Assembly: GCA_963727945.1 (NCBI GenBank)
Contig: CAVSIW010000043.1
Coordinates: forward strand, 21,124 to 85,123
Length of the DNA stretch: 64,000 nucleotides
Reading direction: 5' to 3'
Source of the DNA: an uncultured Acidobacteriota bacterium
Lineage (GTDB): Bacteria; Acidobacteriota; Terriglobia; Acidiferrales; UBA7541
The notes below the pieces were generated by a model, which saw only the letters and a program-made list of their open reading frames with translations, was not told where the DNA came from and did no database searches. This document shows, one piece after another, positions 23,994 through 34,260 of this stretch (positions are counted from its first letter, which is position 1; each line of letters starts with the position of its first letter). Position numbers and translations under genes: made by a program.

Positions 23994-25118
23994 TTATGCC
24001 GCCGTCCGCTGGCTGCTCCAATTGTTTGTCCGCACCGTGAGCTGCTCGATCCGATCCCGCCTCACCGCATAGCCGATGCCCGGCGTCTTGGGCACGTGAA
24101 TCGTTCCCTTTGACGTAACCTCGACCTCGGGCTCGATAATATCTTCAGTCCAATATCGTTTGCTCGCCGAAACATCTCCCGGCAGCGTGAATCCCGCAAG
24201 CGTAGACATCGCAATATTGTGCGCCCTCCCGATCCCCGTCTCCAGCATTCCGCCGCACCACACCGGTATCGAATGTGTCCGGCACACTTGTTCCACACGC
24301 CGAGCCTCGCTATGCCCGCCAACGCGCCCTAGCTTGATATTGATGATCCGGCAAGCCTTCAACTCAATCGCGGTTAGCGCATGCCTCGCATTGTTGATGC
24401 ACTCATCGAGACAAATCGCCGTCTGAATCTGCGCCTGCAGCTTCGAATGCGCGTAAATATCATCCCAATTCAGCGGCTGCTCCATCATCAACAGGTTGAA
24501 TTCATCGAGCTTCCGCAAATGCGCCGCGTCCTCAAGCCGGTACGCCGAATTTGCGTCCACGGAAAGCAAAATATTCGGAAACTCCTTCCGCACGGCTGCA
24601 ACGTACTCGATGTCCTTCCCCGGCTTTATCTTGAGCTTGATTCGCTGATATCCGCTGCGCAACTCTTCTTCCACTCGCCTCACAAGCGCCGGCGGGTTCT
24701 CCCGAATCCCAAGCGACACTCCACTTGCAATTTCATCCAACCTCCCGCCCAGCAATTTCGAAAGAGGAACGCCTTTGAGCTGCGCCTCGGCATCCCAGAG
24801 TGCATTTTCCACGCCGCTTTTCGCCATCTCGTGCCCGCGAATCGTAGCCAGCAGCGCTGGACATTCCGATGCCGCCGAAATCGTCTTCCCGATCAGCGCT
24901 GGCGCGACAAAATCAGAGATCACGTGCCACGCCGTATCCGTCGTTTCGGAGTTGTACCCCGGCGTTTCGCTAGCCGTAACTTCGCCCCATCCGCTCACTC
25001 CGTCCGCTACAACTTCGACCAGAATAATCCTGCGCTGATGAGAAACGCCGAAGCTCGTCTCAAACGGCGCCTTCAGCCGCATTTGAACTTCACGCAAAGT
25101 GATCGATTCAATCTTCAT
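23994..25118 (-). CDS. menC: o-succinylbenzoate synthase / N-succinylamino acid racemase (NSAR/OSBS subfamily, enolase superfamily)
   Basis: [57 protein letters not shown]. Confidence 0.9.
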   Translation of the reverse strand: MKIESITLREVQMRLKAPFETSFGVSHQRRIILVEVVADGVSGWGEVTASETPGYNSETTDTAWHVISDFVAPALIGKTISAASECPALLATIRGHEMAKSGVENALWDAEAQLKGVPLSKLLGGRLDEIASGVSLGIRENPPALVRRVEEELRSGYQRIKLKIKPGKDIEYVAAVRKEFPNILLSVDANSAYRLEDAAHLRKLDEFNLLMMEQPLNWDDIYAHSKLQAQIQTAICLDECINNARHALTAIELKACRIINIKLGRVGGHSEARRVEQVCRTHSIPVWCGGMLETGIGRAHNIAMSTLAGFTLPGDVSASKRYWTEDIIEPEVEVTSKGTIHVPKTPGIGYAVRRDRIEQLTVRTNNWSSQRTAA

Positions 25119-25869
25119 AAGGCTCCAGGAGGTACGTTCCTTGTTCTTTGTTCAGCTCAAATCCAACGGCCGCTCGGCCATCGGCGATTTGCATCAAAAA
25201 TTGTTCGCGCACGCGTGTTTGGATTTTCGCCGCCGTCTGCGGTTCGTCCCGGCAGATTTCGCGGATGCTTGCGGGAATCGCAATCCGTTCGTCATCCGCA
25301 TTCTCCGCCCTCTGCTTTCCCGCCAGCACGTCTTCGGCTCGCCGCGAGCGCACCCACCACTCTGCCACTAGCCGGTCTGTCGGCAACCCGGCATGCAACG
25401 GGCTCGACGTCCGCCCGTACAGGTTCGGCACGTAATTCCGCACTATCGCGCCAAGCCGCTCAATATTGAAGTGCGCGTTCTTCAGCTGCAAGGGGTCAAA
25501 TGTCCATTCAATCAGATTTATTCCCCGCTCCAGCGCATCTTCGCGCTGCGCCAGCTTCAACAACCGCCCTACTCCGCGGTTCTGATACTTCTCCAACACG
25601 CCGACCATATGCGAGTGCAAGTACGTCAGTCCCTCGCGCATTGCCGCAAACGCCAAAGCAAATCCAACCGCCGTATCTCCATCGTAAGCCGCCATCACCT
25701 GCCCGCCGGTTTTTTTGGCCACAACAAAAATCTGGTCCGGCACGGTATCAATTTCCGCATATCCCCAGATGCGCTGCTGCAACTCCACGCAAACGCCCAT
25801 CTCCTGAACGTCTTCTATCGTTCGGATAATGATTGCCTGCTTCACCGCCGATCTTGTTGCGTCACTCAT
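25108..25869 (-). CDS. GNAT family acyltransferase (putative D-amino acid N-succinyltransferase)
   Basis: LHSHMVGV...[34 protein letters not shown]...GLPTDRL; overlaps the NSAR/OSBS gene. Confidence 0.85.
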   Translation of the reverse strand: MSDATRSAVKQAIIIRTIEDVQEMGVCVELQQRIWGYAEIDTVPDQIFVVAKKTGGQVMAAYDGDTAVGFALAFAAMREGLTYLHSHMVGVLEKYQNRGVGRLLKLAQREDALERGINLIEWTFDPLQLKNAHFNIERLGAIVRNYVPNLYGRTSSPLHAGLPTDRLVAEWWVRSRRAEDVLAGKQRAENADDERIAIPASIREICRDEPQTAAKIQTRVREQFLMQIADGRAAVGFELNKEQGTYLLEPYED

Positions 25870-25903
25870 CCACTATCCCTTTCGCCCAAAACCAAAATTC
25901 TCG

Positions 25904-26854
25904 CTAGTCCAGATCCTTCCCGTCCTCAGGCACCCAATACCACCGGTGGTCCGCTCTATCTTCCTCCGCGCTCCGCCGCAGTAGCGCGAGCGTCCGCGAA
26001 GTCTGCGTGTGCGCGCACGCAATCAGAATCGTTCCCACCACCGACATCGGCGCGACATAAGAACTTCCAAACGAAGGGCTCGCCACCGAAGCAGGACAAA
26101 AATTATCGCAGACTCTCGCGATCGGCGTCCGCTCGCTGTCTGTAATTCCAAACGTGGGCACTCCCTGTCTTTTTGCCCGCATCGCCGCTTCCACGGTTTC
26201 CCGCAGACACTGCCCAAAACTAATCGCAATCAGCAGATCTTTCGGCGTGAGCGTTCGCACCCTTCTCTGAACATTCCCCGTTCCCCCTACGGGCGCCTCC
26301 GCTGGAAATCCCAGATGCATCAGCCCATAAGCCAGATGCCAGCTCAGCGAAGCCGCAAGATCAATTCCCACGACCATGATCCGCCTGGCACGCTTCACCT
26401 GTTTTGATAGCTCTATGATCCGCTCCGGATCGAGCGACGATTGCAGGGATTGCAAATTCCTCAGATCCATCTCCACGCCATGCCGGATTCGGTCCGCAGG
26501 CGTCCGCCGTTCCTGCGACGCCGCTTTCAGCGCCTTGTACGGCGTAATCCTCATGATGAAGTGCGAACGCAGGTCCGCTGCAAACTCCGCGAATTTCCTG
26601 TAACCCAGCGCCTGAATCGTCCTCACGATCGTCGCCGCATCAACCTCGTATCGCTTGGCGAGTTCTCGCGAAGATAGGAAAAACGTATCCGCCGGGTTTT
26701 CAAGGATCATCCCGAGCAATTTCTTTCGGCTGCTGCTGAGCTTGTCGCGCGACTTGGCGTACCGAATTTCCAGCGGCGTCCCGCCAGGGGAGTGCATGCT
26801 TTCATCGGACATGCCGTGCGGAGCCGAACCTCGACCGTTTTTCCCCAATTTCAT
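25904..26854 (-). CDS. MurR/RpiR family transcriptional regulator (HTH + SIS domain)
   Basis: SSRELAKRYEVDAATIVRTIQALGYRKFAEF HTH; SIS domain DLLIAISF...ITDSERTPIA. Confidence 0.9.
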   Translation of the reverse strand: MKLGKNGRGSAPHGMSDESMHSPGGTPLEIRYAKSRDKLSSSRKKLLGMILENPADTFFLSSRELAKRYEVDAATIVRTIQALGYRKFAEFAADLRSHFIMRITPYKALKAASQERRTPADRIRHGVEMDLRNLQSLQSSLDPERIIELSKQVKRARRIMVVGIDLAASLSWHLAYGLMHLGFPAEAPVGGTGNVQRRVRTLTPKDLLIAISFGQCLRETVEAAMRAKRQGVPTFGITDSERTPIARVCDNFCPASVASPSFGSSYVAPMSVVGTILIACAHTQTSRTLALLRRSAEEDRADHRWYWVPEDGKDLD

Positions 26855-26960
26855 TCGCCTCGCACAACCAGGTGGCCGTCAGTGCACCCGCGTCTTTGCC
26901 GGACCTTTCGTCTAACCTTAGGTGGCCTCGCAAAGCGCGTCTAAACCGTAGTGACGCAAT

Positions 26961-26976
26961 TACAACGGATGTTACA
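26961..26976. promoter_or_regulatory. Palindromic operator, putative RpiR site (TACAAC-GGAT-GTTACA)
   Basis: Inverted repeat next to a minus-strand TTGACA (26980-26985) facing the regulator gene. Confidence 0.55.
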
Positions 26977-27044
26977 TTCTGTCAAGATGCATTACTTTTC
27001 GCTTCACCGCTATCATTTCTTTTTTCGATTCACTGTATCACTAA

Positions 27045-27060
27045 CGCAACACATGTTGCG
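27045..27060. promoter_or_regulatory. Palindromic operator, putative RpiR site (CGCAAC-ACAT-GTTGCG)
   Basis: 7-bp perfect arms; lies between the divergent promoters. Confidence 0.6.
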
Positions 27061-27097
27061 CTCGCGCCTGCGACTTCCTCCCGCCCCAAAGAATAAG

Positions 27098-27126
27098 TTG
27101 ACAATCCAGCGCCTCCCGCCTAGACT
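27098..27126 (+). promoter_or_regulatory. Sigma-70 promoter of the TonB-dependent receptor
   Basis: TTGACA-N17-TAGACT. Confidence 0.8.
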
Positions 27127-27154
27127 CGCGCGCAACGCATGAGTTCTATCATAC

Positions 27155-27170
27155 TGCAACACTCGTTGCA
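27155..27170. promoter_or_regulatory. Palindromic operator, putative RpiR site (TGCAAC-ACTC-GTTGCA)
   Basis: Perfect 6-bp arms, downstream of the predicted transcription start (repressor position). Confidence 0.65.
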
Positions 27171-27247
27171 TCGAAGCGAATTGTGAATCTTGCGCAAATG
27201 CGGGTGGGCGCAAAAGCGCAGTCTCGGGGAGGGGTACAGGAGGAGTT

Positions 27248-30200
27248 ATGCGAAACCACAAAATCTATTCAACGAAGCCTTGTCCAATCACAGCGGTGAA
27301 TTCGAAACATTTGCTGAGTCATCTGTTTAGTCTCACCATCATTCTTTTTCTCTCTGCAGCCAATCTCGTCGCGCAGACCACTTCCACGATCGAAGGCACC
27401 GTCAAGGACAAGCAGGGTCTAGCCCTTGCCGGAGCGCAGGTCCGCGTGACCAGCGCCGAATTGGCCATTGATCGCACCGTCACCACCGAGAGCGACGGCA
27501 CATACCGCGTCACAACGTTGCCGCCCGGAGTTTACGAGATCAAGGCAGCCAAAGACGGTTTCCAATCGGAAATCTTCAAGAATCTCGAAGTTACTCTGAA
27601 CAGGACCCTGGATTTCGACATCACCATGCAGGTCGGCTCCTTAAATCAGACGGTCGAGGTTGATTCCGCAACGCCTCTCCTCGAAACCTCAGCCTCCTCG
27701 ACCGGCAGCACCATCACGCCTCAGCAAATCGAAGATATGCCCATCAACGGCCGAAACTATCTCGACCTTCTGCAGCTCGTCCCCGGCGTCTCGCTGAATC
27801 GCCAGGCCGACCCGGCCGGCGACGATGCAACGCCCATCCTCGGCGAGCGCGGCGGCAATGCCCTCTTCCTCATCGACGGCTTGCCCAATCGCGACAACTT
27901 CAACGGCGGCCCTTCGGCTCAGTTCAACCAGGACTCTATCCTTGAGTTTCAGGTCGTCACCGGCGGATACAAAGCCGAATTTGGCCACGCCTCAGGCGGC
28001 ATCATCAACGTCGTCACTCGTGGCGGCACGAATGACTGGCATGGCGGAGTCTCCGCCTTCTTCCGGAACTCCGTGTTCGATTCCAACGACATTCCCACTT
28101 CCACAAACGGCGCTCCCTTTCTCAACCGCTGGGATCCCACCGCTTATTTCGGTGGACCAATCGTCAAAGACAAAGTCTTCTTCTTCGGCTCCGCGGAGCG
28201 CATCCAGGAAAGTCGCGATCTGAACTTCACCTTCAACCCCAATTTGCCCGCCAGCCTCATTGCCTTTGAAACGCCATTCAACAAACACTCTCTGACTTAT
28301 GACACCCGCGCCCGATTCAAGCTCGACGAAAATCTCAGCCGCCATCGCCTCACCGAGCAAATGAACTACACCAACACGCACATCACCGACTATCTGCCGT
28401 TGACGGCTTCCATCAACCTGCCGGACACCCGCGAAAATCTGATGGCCGCACTCTTATGCTCGGTTTCAGCGATCTCTGGACCCTTGGCAGCACCTCTAAT
28501 CCGTGGGTTATGAACTCTTATTTCCAGTATCGCGCCGATCCGGAGCGCACCAGCCCTTCGCATCCCGAGTCCGGCGTCCCCAACAATCTCTTCAACCTGT
28601 TCGACACTTACACGAGCGGCGATGAATTCGGGAACCTTGGCCAGGCTTCTTTTGGTCCGGGCTATAACGCGTTCAGTTTCTACCAAAAGTACATGTCGCT
28701 TGGCACCAACTTGAGCAAACAGTTTGGCGCGCCACAACATCAAGTTCGGCTGGGATTTCCAGAACTCAAAGGTGGATGGCGCGGAGCCCAACAACTTCTT
28801 CACTCAGCTTTTCGCCACCATCAACGATTTCAACACGTTCGGCCCGATTAATTCCGGGATTAACTTAATCACGCTCCAAGCCGGGCCGACCCCGCAGGAC
28901 AACTTGGTTCACATCCGCAACAACTACAACGGTCTCTTCGTCCAGGACGACTGGAAACTCACCTCGAAACTCACGGTCAACGCCGGCCTGCGTTGGGACT
29001 ACGACTCCCAGTTTCCGAATAAAAAAGATTTCTCGCCGCGCATTGGCGCAGCCTGGGCCATTACTCCAAAAACGGTCGTGAATGCCAGCTTCGGCGTCTT
29101 CTACGATCAGTTCCGCGAAGGCGTCGCAAGAGACATCCCCGGCTTTGGGGGTGCAAACATTCAGCGCGAACGCCTGTTGTCTTTCCCGCGCCTGTTCTAT
29201 GGAAACCCCACGACTCTCACAAGTCTCTTTCAAAAGCTGGGACGTCCCACTGTCTGCGTCGCAAACGTCATGACGCAAGCACAAGTCCAAGCCGCCGGCG
29301 CCACTTGCCCCAACGGTCTCGGCACAACTCTCTACGGCATAGATTATCTGAACAATGTGGTCGCGGCCGGCCATGCTCCAATTCCCGCAAACACCCAGGT
29401 CAATATGAGCAACATTCAACAATTGAGCGGCTATACGCCAGATCAATACCTGGCTGCGGCGGATGCCGCCATCGCAAATATGGCCGGTACGGACACGAAT
29501 CTGACAGTGCCGGCGAATTATTGGTCCTGGGATCCGTTCGGGAACCTCACCACCATCGGCGGAATCCTCGGCACCGCCGGTCAGGTTCCTGTCTCCATAG
29601 ACCCTGGCTTCAAGGTCCCTCATACCTTCAACTATCACGCGGGTATTCAACACGAACTCGGCTCAGGAATGCTTTTGACCTTCGACTACTATCATAAAGA
29701 CATCGCCGATATCACCACCGTTCGCGCCACGAACCTCGCGTTCGAAGCGCGCATGCCCGGCTTTTCCAATGAACTCGTTCCCGGCACCGGCTCGAAGAGA
29801 ATTGAAAGCTATGGACCGTGGGGAGCCGGAACCTACGACGGCTTCACCATCGGCTTCCAAAAGCGCTTCTCTCACAACTTCACGATTCAGGCGAACTACA
29901 CCTTTGTCCATGCCAACGACGACGTCATCAATTCCACTCTCGCCTCGGAAATTCAAAACGGCGAGGGCGTAAATTTCCTGGCCATCGCCGGTCTCACTGA
30001 CAGCTTTGTCGGCAGAGTGCCGCTTGTCACCGATTCCTCAACAGGTCAAACGAACGCTAACGGTCCTTTTATCAACGGCAATCTAAATCCAGTCCCCAAG
30101 GCTGGCACCTTTTATAACGGCGCCGTCCTGGATAAAGGTCCTTCCGACCTCGCGCTGAATCACACGTTCCTGGCCCACGGTATCTGGCAACTCCCCTGGA

Positions 30201-30647
30201 AAATGGAGATTGCCGGAATCTTCCGCGCCCAGAGCGGCTTTCATTACGGCATCAGCCCCTTCGAAGGCGGTTCAGACTTTGATGGAGACGGACTGTTCAA
30301 TGGTGCGGGCCTGAACTTTCGCCGGCCAAGGCGCTCTCTATGCCAGGAATTCTCAGACCGGACCCTCCTTCGTCAATATGGACATGCGCTTTGCCAAGCG
30401 CTTCAACCTCGGAGAGCGCGTCAAAGCGCAGGTGCTCTTCGAAATGTTCAATCTCTTCAATCGCGACAACGCTGCCGCGTTGAACGGCCTGGAACCGACT
30501 TGCCCGAACGACCCTGCTAACATCAGCCCGCTCGGTCCCCAGCCCTGCAACGTCTTTCAGTCACAGGGCGGCGCACCGGGGATTGGTCAAGTGATGCAGT
30601 TTCTGCCCGGTCGAGAAGGCCAGATTGGAATACGGTTCGAGTTCTAG
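27248..30647 (+). CDS. TonB-dependent receptor (Oar-like, with carboxypeptidase-regulatory-like N-domain); frameshifts near 28440, 28730 and 30318
   Basis: Signal peptide, TIEGTVKD..G..LAGAQV, MPINGRNYLDLLQLVPG, YKAEFG..SGGIINVVTRGG, FVQDDWK....TVNAGLRWD, FSPRIG, C-terminal QIGIRFEF. Four ORF pieces join with single-base corrections; AGGAG RBS. Confidence 0.88.
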
Positions 30648-30672
30648 GTTTGTCCACCTATCGCCAAAATCG

Positions 30673-30708
30673 AGAGCGGCCACGCGTCGTGGCCGCTCTT
30701 CTCTTTTT
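30673..30708 (+). terminator. Rho-independent terminator after the receptor gene
   Basis: 12-bp stem AGAGCGGCCACG / CGTGGCCGCTCT, 3-nt loop, then TCTCTTTTT. Confidence 0.75.
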
Positions 30709-30778
30709 AACTCCTTTTGCCGACGGGACGAATTCAACTTGATCATCGAGATCGCACAGATCTTGCGGAGGTAAGTGC

Positions 30779-32428
30779 ATGGCGCGTCGCACGATTTTAA
30801 TACTTGCTTTAATCCTATTGGCAATCTTGCCCGCCTTCGGACAGTCGCCCACACTCGATCTCGTCATATCCGGCGCGCATGTTATCGACGGCTCTGGCAA
30901 TCCCTGGTACATCGCCGATGTCGGCATCCGCGACGGCCTCATCGCCGAAATCGGAAATCTTTCAAAGCGCGCTTCCACCCGCGTCGTTGATGCGCATGGC
31001 CTAGTCCTCTCTCCAGGCTTCATTGACATGATGGGCGGCACAACGCTTCCCCTCCTCCTCGATCCTCTCACCGCGCAAAGCAAACTCCGCCAGGGCGTCA
31101 CCACCATGATGGCCGGCGAAGGCGACTCCATGGCCCCCCAGGATGAACGCACCATCAAGGAACTGAATCTTCCCGCGAACATTTCTCCCTGGGCCACCTT
31201 TGAAGAGTACGACCGCATGCTCGACGCAAAAGGCATCGGCATCAACGTGATCCACAACGTCGGCGCCGCCCAAGTCCGCCGCGTCGTCATCGGCGACGAA
31301 GACCGCGCACCGACGCCCGAGCAATTGGCAAAGATGAAAGACATCGTAGCCAAAGCAATGCAAGACGGCTCCGTCGGCCTCTCCACCGCCCTGATTTATC
31401 CCCCTGGCACGTACGCCAAGACCGAAGAAATTATTGAGCTAGCAAAAGTCGCCTCGCAATATGGCGGCGTCTACTTCTCACACATGCGTAACGAAAGCGG
31501 CCAGTTGCTCGACGCTATCCAGGAAACCATTCGAATCGGTGAAGAAGCCCGCATTCCCGTCCACATTTACCACCTCAAAGCCGCCGGCCAGGACAATTGG
31601 TCTCTCATGACCAAAGCCCTCCTGCTGATTCAATCCGCGCGCGATCGCGGCGTGGATGTCACCGCCGACATCTACCCTTACATCCGCAACGGCATCGGCC
31701 TCGGCTCCTTCATCCATCCCAAGCACTACGCCAACGGCACGGACGCATTCCTCCCCACGCTCTCCGATCCCAAAGTTCGCGCAGATCTGCGCAAAGAAAT
31801 CGAGACCACCACGAACTGGGAGAATTGGTATCACCACGTCGGAAAAAACTGGGACAACGTTCTCGTCGTTCAAGTCCCCGCCAAAGTGGACAAGCGCTTC
31901 GAAGGAAAATCCGTTCAGGAAATCGCCGCGCTTCGAAACGCGGATGTCTGGGACACTTTCTTCTATCTCGTCCAGCAAGGCGGAGTCGACGTCGATCCCA
32001 AAAGCATGGACGAAAATCAAAAGCAGCAAGCCTTGCGCGCTCCGTTTGTAAGCATCGGCTCCGACGCCGAACCCATGAATCCCGCAACCTCAACATATGC
32101 GCATCCCAGAACCTTCGGAACTTTCCCGCGAATTCTGGCCAAGTACGTCCGCGAAGAAAAAATCATCAGCCTCGAAACCGCTATCCGCGAAATGACTTCC
32201 CTGCCCGCGAATCAACTCAAGCTCTGGAACCGCGGCCGCATCGCTCCCGGATTTGCCGCAGACCTTGTTCTCTTCGATCCCGCGAAGGTCGCCGACACCG
32301 CCACCTTCGCCAAGCCGCTCTCCTACTCTGTAGGAATGGAATACGTTCTCATCAACGGGAAATTGGCAATCGACAAGGGACAGCCAACCGGAACTCTCGC
32401 CGGTAAAGTAATTCGCGCAAATCGCTGA
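30779..32428 (+). CDS. N-acyl-D-amino acid deacylase family amidohydrolase, exported
   Basis: Signal peptide, VIDGSG..WYIADVGI, PGFID, GVTT, GLSTALIYPPG, SHMRNE, YHLK, GSD, HPRTFGTFPR, RGRIAPGFAADLVLFD. Confidence 0.88.
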   Translation: MARRTILILALILLAILPAFGQSPTLDLVISGAHVIDGSGNPWYIADVGIRDGLIAEIGNLSKRASTRVVDAHGLVLSPGFIDMMGGTTLPLLLDPLTAQSKLRQGVTTMMAGEGDSMAPQDERTIKELNLPANISPWATFEEYDRMLDAKGIGINVIHNVGAAQVRRVVIGDEDRAPTPEQLAKMKDIVAKAMQDGSVGLSTALIYPPGTYAKTEEIIELAKVASQYGGVYFSHMRNESGQLLDAIQETIRIGEEARIPVHIYHLKAAGQDNWSLMTKALLLIQSARDRGVDVTADIYPYIRNGIGLGSFIHPKHYANGTDAFLPTLSDPKVRADLRKEIETTTNWENWYHHVGKNWDNVLVVQVPAKVDKRFEGKSVQEIAALRNADVWDTFFYLVQQGGVDVDPKSMDENQKQQALRAPFVSIGSDAEPMNPATSTYAHPRTFGTFPRILAKYVREEKIISLETAIREMTSLPANQLKLWNRGRIAPGFAADLVLFDPAKVADTATFAKPLSYSVGMEYVLINGKLAIDKGQPTGTLAGKVIRANR

Positions 32429-32476
32429 CAACTTTTCACAAGTTCTAGGCAAAATAAATAATCTGGAGAAGAGCGC

Positions 32477-34148
32477 ATGCCACGTCACCGAAACAATCTC
32501 CTCGCTTGCATCGCAGTCGCAACCGGACTTCTCTTCGCAGCGGCCGCCCGTGCTCAAACCAACCCGCCTCAACAAAGCGCGCCGCAACAATTTGACTATG
32601 ACATCGTCATTCGCAACGGCCGCGTCCTCGACGGCGCAGGCAATCCCTGCATTTTTGCCGACGTCGCCATCAAAGACGGCCGCTTCGTAAAACTCGGCAA
32701 AATCCTCGGCCACGGCCGCACTGAAATTGATGCGCATGGCCGCTACGTTTCTCCCGGCTGGATTGACATGATGGATCAGTCCGGCATCGCGCTACCGAAA
32801 AACGGCCTCGCGGAAAATAAATTGATGGAAGGCGTTACAACCGCGATTGGCGGCGAAGGTGGCACTCCCGTTCCCGCCGAACAAATCCGCGAGTTTCTGG
32901 ACCAGCCTCGAAAAGAGCGGCATCAGTTTGAATTTCGGCAGCTACTTCTCCGAAACGCAGGCACGCATCGCCGTCCTCGGCTACGACTCGCGCCAGCCGA
33001 CTTCCGACGAACTTGCCAAAATGAAATCCATTCTCGAGACCGCCATGCAAAACGGCGCCATGGGCATGACCACCGCGCTCATCTATCCGCCCAGCAGTTA
33101 CGCGACAACTCCCGAGCTCATCGAAATGGCCAAGGTCGCGGCAAAGTACGGCGGCATTTACGCCAGCCACATGCGCGGCGAAGGCAAAGAACTCGTCCAA
33201 TCGGTTGACGAGCTCATCGAAATTTCGGAAAAAGGCGGACTCCCAGGCGAAGTTTTTCACATGAAAGCCGCCTACAGCCCCGGCTGGGGCAAGCTCATGC
33301 AAGAAGCCGGGCAGCACATTGATGCCGCTCGCGCGAGAGGCGTTGACGTCGCCGCCGATCTTTATGTCTATACCGCGGGCGGCACGGGCCTCGAAGCCAC
33401 AATTCCTTCGTGGGCGCATGAAGGCGGCAACGAAGCCCTCGTCAAGCGTCTGGCCGATCCTGAGATTCGCGCCCGCCTAAAAAAGGAAATTGTCGCAGGC
33501 TCGCCCGGCTGGTGGAACATCATCGAAGCTTCCGGCGGCTGGCAAAACGTCGTCCTCGTCAATGCGCAAAATTCCGACAACGCAAAATTTCAGAACCGCA
33601 GCATCGCCGACATTGCCAAGGAACTGAACAAAGATCCCGCGGACGTCGCGTTCGATTTTGTCGCGCAAGCGAAAACCGGCCGCGTCCTAGCGATCTATCA
33701 CATGATGAGCGAGCAAGACATCGAGACCGCTCTCAAATTTCCCTGGACCAGCATCGGCAGCGACGCCGGTACCGCGCTCACTCCAGGCGGCGACGACGCC
33801 CTCGGCCTCGCTCACCCGCGCAGCTACGGAAATTTCCCTCGTGTCATCGCGCGCTACGTCCGCGAAACGCACACGTTGACTCTCGAAGACGCCATCCGAA
33901 AAATGACTTCCTGGCCCGCCACGCGCATGCGCATCGCCGACCGCGGCCTCATCCGCGAAGGGCTTTGGGCCGATGTAGTTATCTTCGACTACGACAAAAT
34001 TCAGGACCGCTCGACCTACGATCATCCCGACGTCACGCCCGACGGGATTGATTTTGTCATCGTCAATGGCCAGGTCGTCGTTGATCACGGCAAGCACACC
34101 GGCGCGCGGCCCGGAAAAATTATTTATGGACCTGGCTACACCAAATAA
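32477..34148 (+). CDS. Second N-acyl-D-amino acid deacylase family amidohydrolase, exported; frameshift near 32895
   Basis: Paralog of the upstream gene (PGWID, GVTT, ALIYPP, SHMRGE, FHMK, GSD, HPRSYGNFPR); two ORFs join after removing one T. Confidence 0.85.
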
Positions 34149-34260
34149 ACAATCCGCCATCGCTGGCTTCGCCGAACTCTCCTCGTTTTCATAAAATCGG
34201 TTTAATAGTGCGATTTTCTCCTCCTGGCGGTAGAATTCGCGGAGTCATGGAGGGATAAAA

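Noticed and set aside
23994-25118. Menaquinone biosynthesis operon
   Set aside because: No other men genes are present; the GNAT context favours the racemase role.
27248-30647. Programmed frameshifting or phase variation in the receptor and che genes
   Set aside because: No slippery heptamers or long simple repeats occur at the shift sites; the pattern matches random 1-nt indels.
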